DNA of 33,945 nt, taken from positions 1 through 33,945 of the forward strand of contig JAYEKT010000064.1 of assembly GCA_034716735.1 (NCBI GenBank). The letters run 5' to 3'. Numbering within the stretch: position 1 is the first letter of the stretch; each line of letters begins with the position of its first letter. This document shows positions 31,681 through 33,945 of this stretch, in pieces. Both the position numbers and the translations under genes were made by a program. The notes under the pieces are model-generated. The model was not told the DNA's origin and made no database searches. It was given only the letters and a program-made list of their open reading frames with translations. Origin of the DNA: Patescibacteria group bacterium (GTDB lineage Bacteria > Patescibacteriota > Patescibacteriia > DYHP01).

Positions 31681-32862
31681 ATGACTACAAAAAATCAAAA
31701 ATCGTATATAGAAAACAAAAAGAAACAGGGTCTTTATGGTGTTGATTTTTTGACGGCTGAACATCCTGGAGCAACATTGCAGGACGAATTAGATTTTTTT
31801 GGTTTAACCCAAAAAGCTTTAGCTGAAAAGATTGGCTACACTGCTCAAACAGTTAATAGGATTATAAAAGGAGTAGAACCCATAACTACAGACATAGCTT
31901 TGGCATTAGAAAGAGTTTTTGATGGAAGCCCCTCTGTTCAATTTTGGTTGAATATGCAGTCTGAATACGATCAAGAAATTTCTAAAGTAAAAGAGCTCGA
32001 AGAAACAGAAGAAGTTCAATTTTTTAAAGACAACGTTAAGGCTACCTTTAAAGAATTGCAAAAAGGTCATATATTTGAAAACTATCTTTTAAATACAAGA
32101 ATAAATTGCAAAAAAGCAATTATTGATATTAAAAATTTTTTTGGTTCTTATTCTTTACGGTCAATCCCAGATGAAGCTTTCCTTGGAGTTGCTTTTAGAA
32201 AGGGGGGCAAAAAAGATATAAGTGAATACAATTTGGCGGCAATTTTAAAGATTGGAGACAGAAAGGCTAAAGCTATATTAAAGGACGGTGGTATTTCCAG
32301 ATATAATAAAATAAATTTTTTAAAATTATTGCCGAAGTTGAAAAAAATATCAAATGAAACGCAAAAAGATTTTTTAAGATTATTACAAGAAGAGTGTTTG
32401 AAGGTGGGTGTCATTGTGGTATATGTGCCTAATATGACGAATACTGTTTTTGGTGGGGCGACCATGAGAATTGCCAATCATCCAGTGATTTTGCTTAAAG
32501 TTGAAAATCAGCGGGAAGATATTTTTTGGTTTAATTTTTACCACGAAGCTGGGCATATTGTTAAACATAGTAAGAAGAAAGTTTTTATTGACTTTGATGA
32601 AGACGGACAAAAAAATGAGTTTGAGATAGATGCAAATGAATTCGCTTCAAGTATATTATATTCAGATTTTGATGAAATTAAGAATAAAATAGAAAAAAAC
32701 GCACCACTTGATATTAGAATTAAAAAGATTTCTCAAATAGTTGGTATCTCAAAAAGTATAGTGGCTGGTAAAATATGCAATTTAGTAGGTTGTTCAGAAG
32801 CTTGGAAGATACTAAGTAAGTATAGACCAACAATAAAGGAAAAAATTGGATTTATAAAATAA
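31681..32862 (+). CDS. HigA-type HTH antitoxin domain fused to an ImmA/IrrE (COG2856) metallopeptidase domain
   Basis: N-terminus 'HPGATLQDELDFFGLTQKALAEKIGYTAQTVNRIIKGVEPITTDIALALERVF' is a HigA-family HTH. C-terminus 'FNFYHEAGHIVKH...EIDANEFASSIL' has the HExxH zinc motif of ImmA/IrrE. Confidence 0.75.
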   Translation: MTTKNQKSYIENKKKQGLYGVDFLTAEHPGATLQDELDFFGLTQKALAEKIGYTAQTVNRIIKGVEPITTDIALALERVFDGSPSVQFWLNMQSEYDQEISKVKELEETEEVQFFKDNVKATFKELQKGHIFENYLLNTRINCKKAIIDIKNFFGSYSLRSIPDEAFLGVAFRKGGKKDISEYNLAAILKIGDRKAKAILKDGGISRYNKINFLKLLPKLKKISNETQKDFLRLLQEECLKVGVIVVYVPNMTNTVFGGATMRIANHPVILLKVENQREDIFWFNFYHEAGHIVKHSKKKVFIDFDEDGQKNEFEIDANEFASSILYSDFDEIKNKIEKNAPLDIRIKKISQIVGISKSIVAGKICNLVGCSEAWKILSKYRPTIKEKIGFIK

Positions 32863-32872
32863 TAATGAAATT

Positions 32873-33304
32873 ATGACAAAAGAATATAAATATCCAGATC
32901 CAGAGTATATTAGGATTAACGAAGCAGACTTAAAGCTTCATTTAATAAATTTTGCAAAAGCAAATAAAAGTAAAATTACTATAAGGGATTTGATTATTTT
33001 AATCCCAGCGTGGGCAGTACTTTTTACTGCTGACTTTAAGTTATTATTTGGTTTAGATCCAGTTATAATTAAGTCCTTATATGCTGGTTTACTTATATTT
33101 GGTACAGCAATTTATTTTAATCAATTTTTTTGGTCGTTAAGACGTTTATATAATTGGCTAAAAGATAAAATATTTTTTAACTCAAAAAAGAAAAAAAATA
33201 TAATTTTATCGGAATATTGTGAAAATACAGCGTTCATCGCTGATCCAACAAAAAAAGTGGAGTCCGTAAAGGAAATATCTAGGTTATACAAATTGAAGAA
33301 ATGA
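32873..33304 (+). CDS. small membrane protein (2 predicted TM helices), unknown function
   Basis: Hydrophobic stretches 'LIILIPAWAVLFTADFKLLF' and 'LYAGLLIFGTAIYFNQFFW'. Lys-rich tail. Confidence 0.6.
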   Translation: MTKEYKYPDPEYIRINEADLKLHLINFAKANKSKITIRDLIILIPAWAVLFTADFKLLFGLDPVIIKSLYAGLLIFGTAIYFNQFFWSLRRLYNWLKDKIFFNSKKKKNIILSEYCENTAFIADPTKKVESVKEISRLYKLKK

Positions 33305-33390
33305 AAAAATTAGCGCTACGCCATGATGGTTTAAATGCGTACATTAATCGCCACAAGCATTGGTATTCAGAAAAAAAGATAAATATATGA
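33301..33390 (+). CDS. possible 29-codon coupling ORF (MKKLALRHDGLNAYINRHKHWYSEKKINI)
   Basis: ATGA overlap with the preceding stop (33301-33304) and ATGA overlap with the hsdR start (33387-33390). Confidence 0.3.
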   Translation: MKKLALRHDGLNAYINRHKHWYSEKKINI

Positions 33391-33945
33391 CCCACCAATC
33401 CGAACAAAAACTCGAAAATACCTTAATAAAACAGCTGAATAGGCTGGGGTTTTCGAGTATCGTAATCCAGGACGACAAAGAGCTTATTAAAAACCTTAAA
33501 AAGCAGTTAGAAAAATTTAATCAGATAAAATTTTCCGACAAAGAGTTTGCAAAAATTTTAAATCACTTGAAAAAAGGCGACAGATTTCACAAGGCAAAAA
33601 CCTTGCGTGATAGGTTTTTATTTAAAGGAGATGACGGGAAAGATAGGTATATTAGATTTTTCAACATGGACAAGTGGTGCAAGAATGAATATCAGGTGGC
33701 GCAACAAATTACTCAAAAGGGCCATTATGAAAATAGGTATGATGTAACCCTTCTTGTAAACGGGCTTCCGCTTGTTCAAATTGAACTAAAACGCAGAGGA
33801 ATGGAAATGAAAGAAGCTTTTAATCAAATTCAGCGGTACCATAAACACTCTTTTACTGGAACACTTTTTGAATATGCTCAAATTTTTGTAATTTCAAACG
33901 GGGTTAATACAAAATACTTTTCAAATAATCCAAAACAAACTTTTG
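33387..33945 (+). CDS. hsdR: Type I R-M restriction subunit, N-terminal part (continues beyond window)
   Basis: Hand translation: MTHQSEQKLENTLIKQLNRLGF...RYDVTLLVNGLPLVQIELKRRG...FNQIQRY. This is the PD-(D/E)xK nuclease core typical of the HsdR N-terminus. The frame is open to the window end. Confidence 0.85.
   Translation, partial: MTHQSEQKLENTLIKQLNRLGFSSIVIQDDKELIKNLKKQLEKFNQIKFSDKEFAKILNHLKKGDRFHKAKTLRDRFLFKGDDGKDRYIRFFNMDKWCKNEYQVAQQITQKGHYENRYDVTLLVNGLPLVQIELKRRGMEMKEAFNQIQRYHKHSFTGTLFEYAQIFVISNGVNTKYFSNNPKQTF

Noticed and set aside
1-33945. Alternative genetic code (UGA recoding, as in some candidate phyla).
   Set aside because: All long conserved genes (valS, tyrS, comM, hsdM, tkt) are intact and full-length under the standard code.

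Overview
This is an AT-rich bacterial fragment. The split transketolase, tightly packed ATGA-overlapping genes and GTCATTCC...GGAATCC palindromic elements suggest a Patescibacteria/CPR-type genome, but that is inference only. Standard genetic code fits all long ORFs.

Layout:
- 1-8.4 kb: sugar-phosphate core (rpe, split tkt, two PfkB kinases, class II aldolase, 2-hydroxyacid dehydrogenase). It is interrupted by a Cys-rich lipoprotein, a PaaX-like gene bracketed by twin palindromes, and a GC-richer gene of unknown function.
- 8.5-10.1 kb: Nudix, histidine phosphatase and TIM-barrel genes.
- 10.2-12.7 kb: a tRNA-Val/tRNA-Ala locus that looks like an insertion hot spot. Two identical inverted-repeat-bounded GIY-YIG units sit at nucleotide 11 of tRNA-Val. 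A fic cassette is bounded by a 10-bp repeat of the tRNA-Ala 3' end.
- 12.7-20.2 kb: orphan radical SAM, DHH phosphoesterase, valS, tyrS, comM.
- 20.3-26.3 kb: a visibly more AT-rich island. It holds a class-B (B12-domain) radical SAM, a SPASM radical SAM, a dTMP-kinase-like gene, a Nudix, a membrane GT2 and an NDK-like gene. This is my best candidate for an undescribed system, making either a modified nucleotide or a modified nucleotide-sugar.
- 26.4-33.9 kb: tRNA-Gly, then a Type I R-M operon (hsdM, hsdS, hsdR). It is interrupted by rhuM, an Abi_C gene, an hsdS 3' remnant, higB, a HigA-HTH::ImmA/IrrE fusion, a small membrane protein and a 29-codon ORF chained to hsdR.

No rRNA or CRISPR array was seen. 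All functional calls rest on motif recognition by eye. No database search was run.
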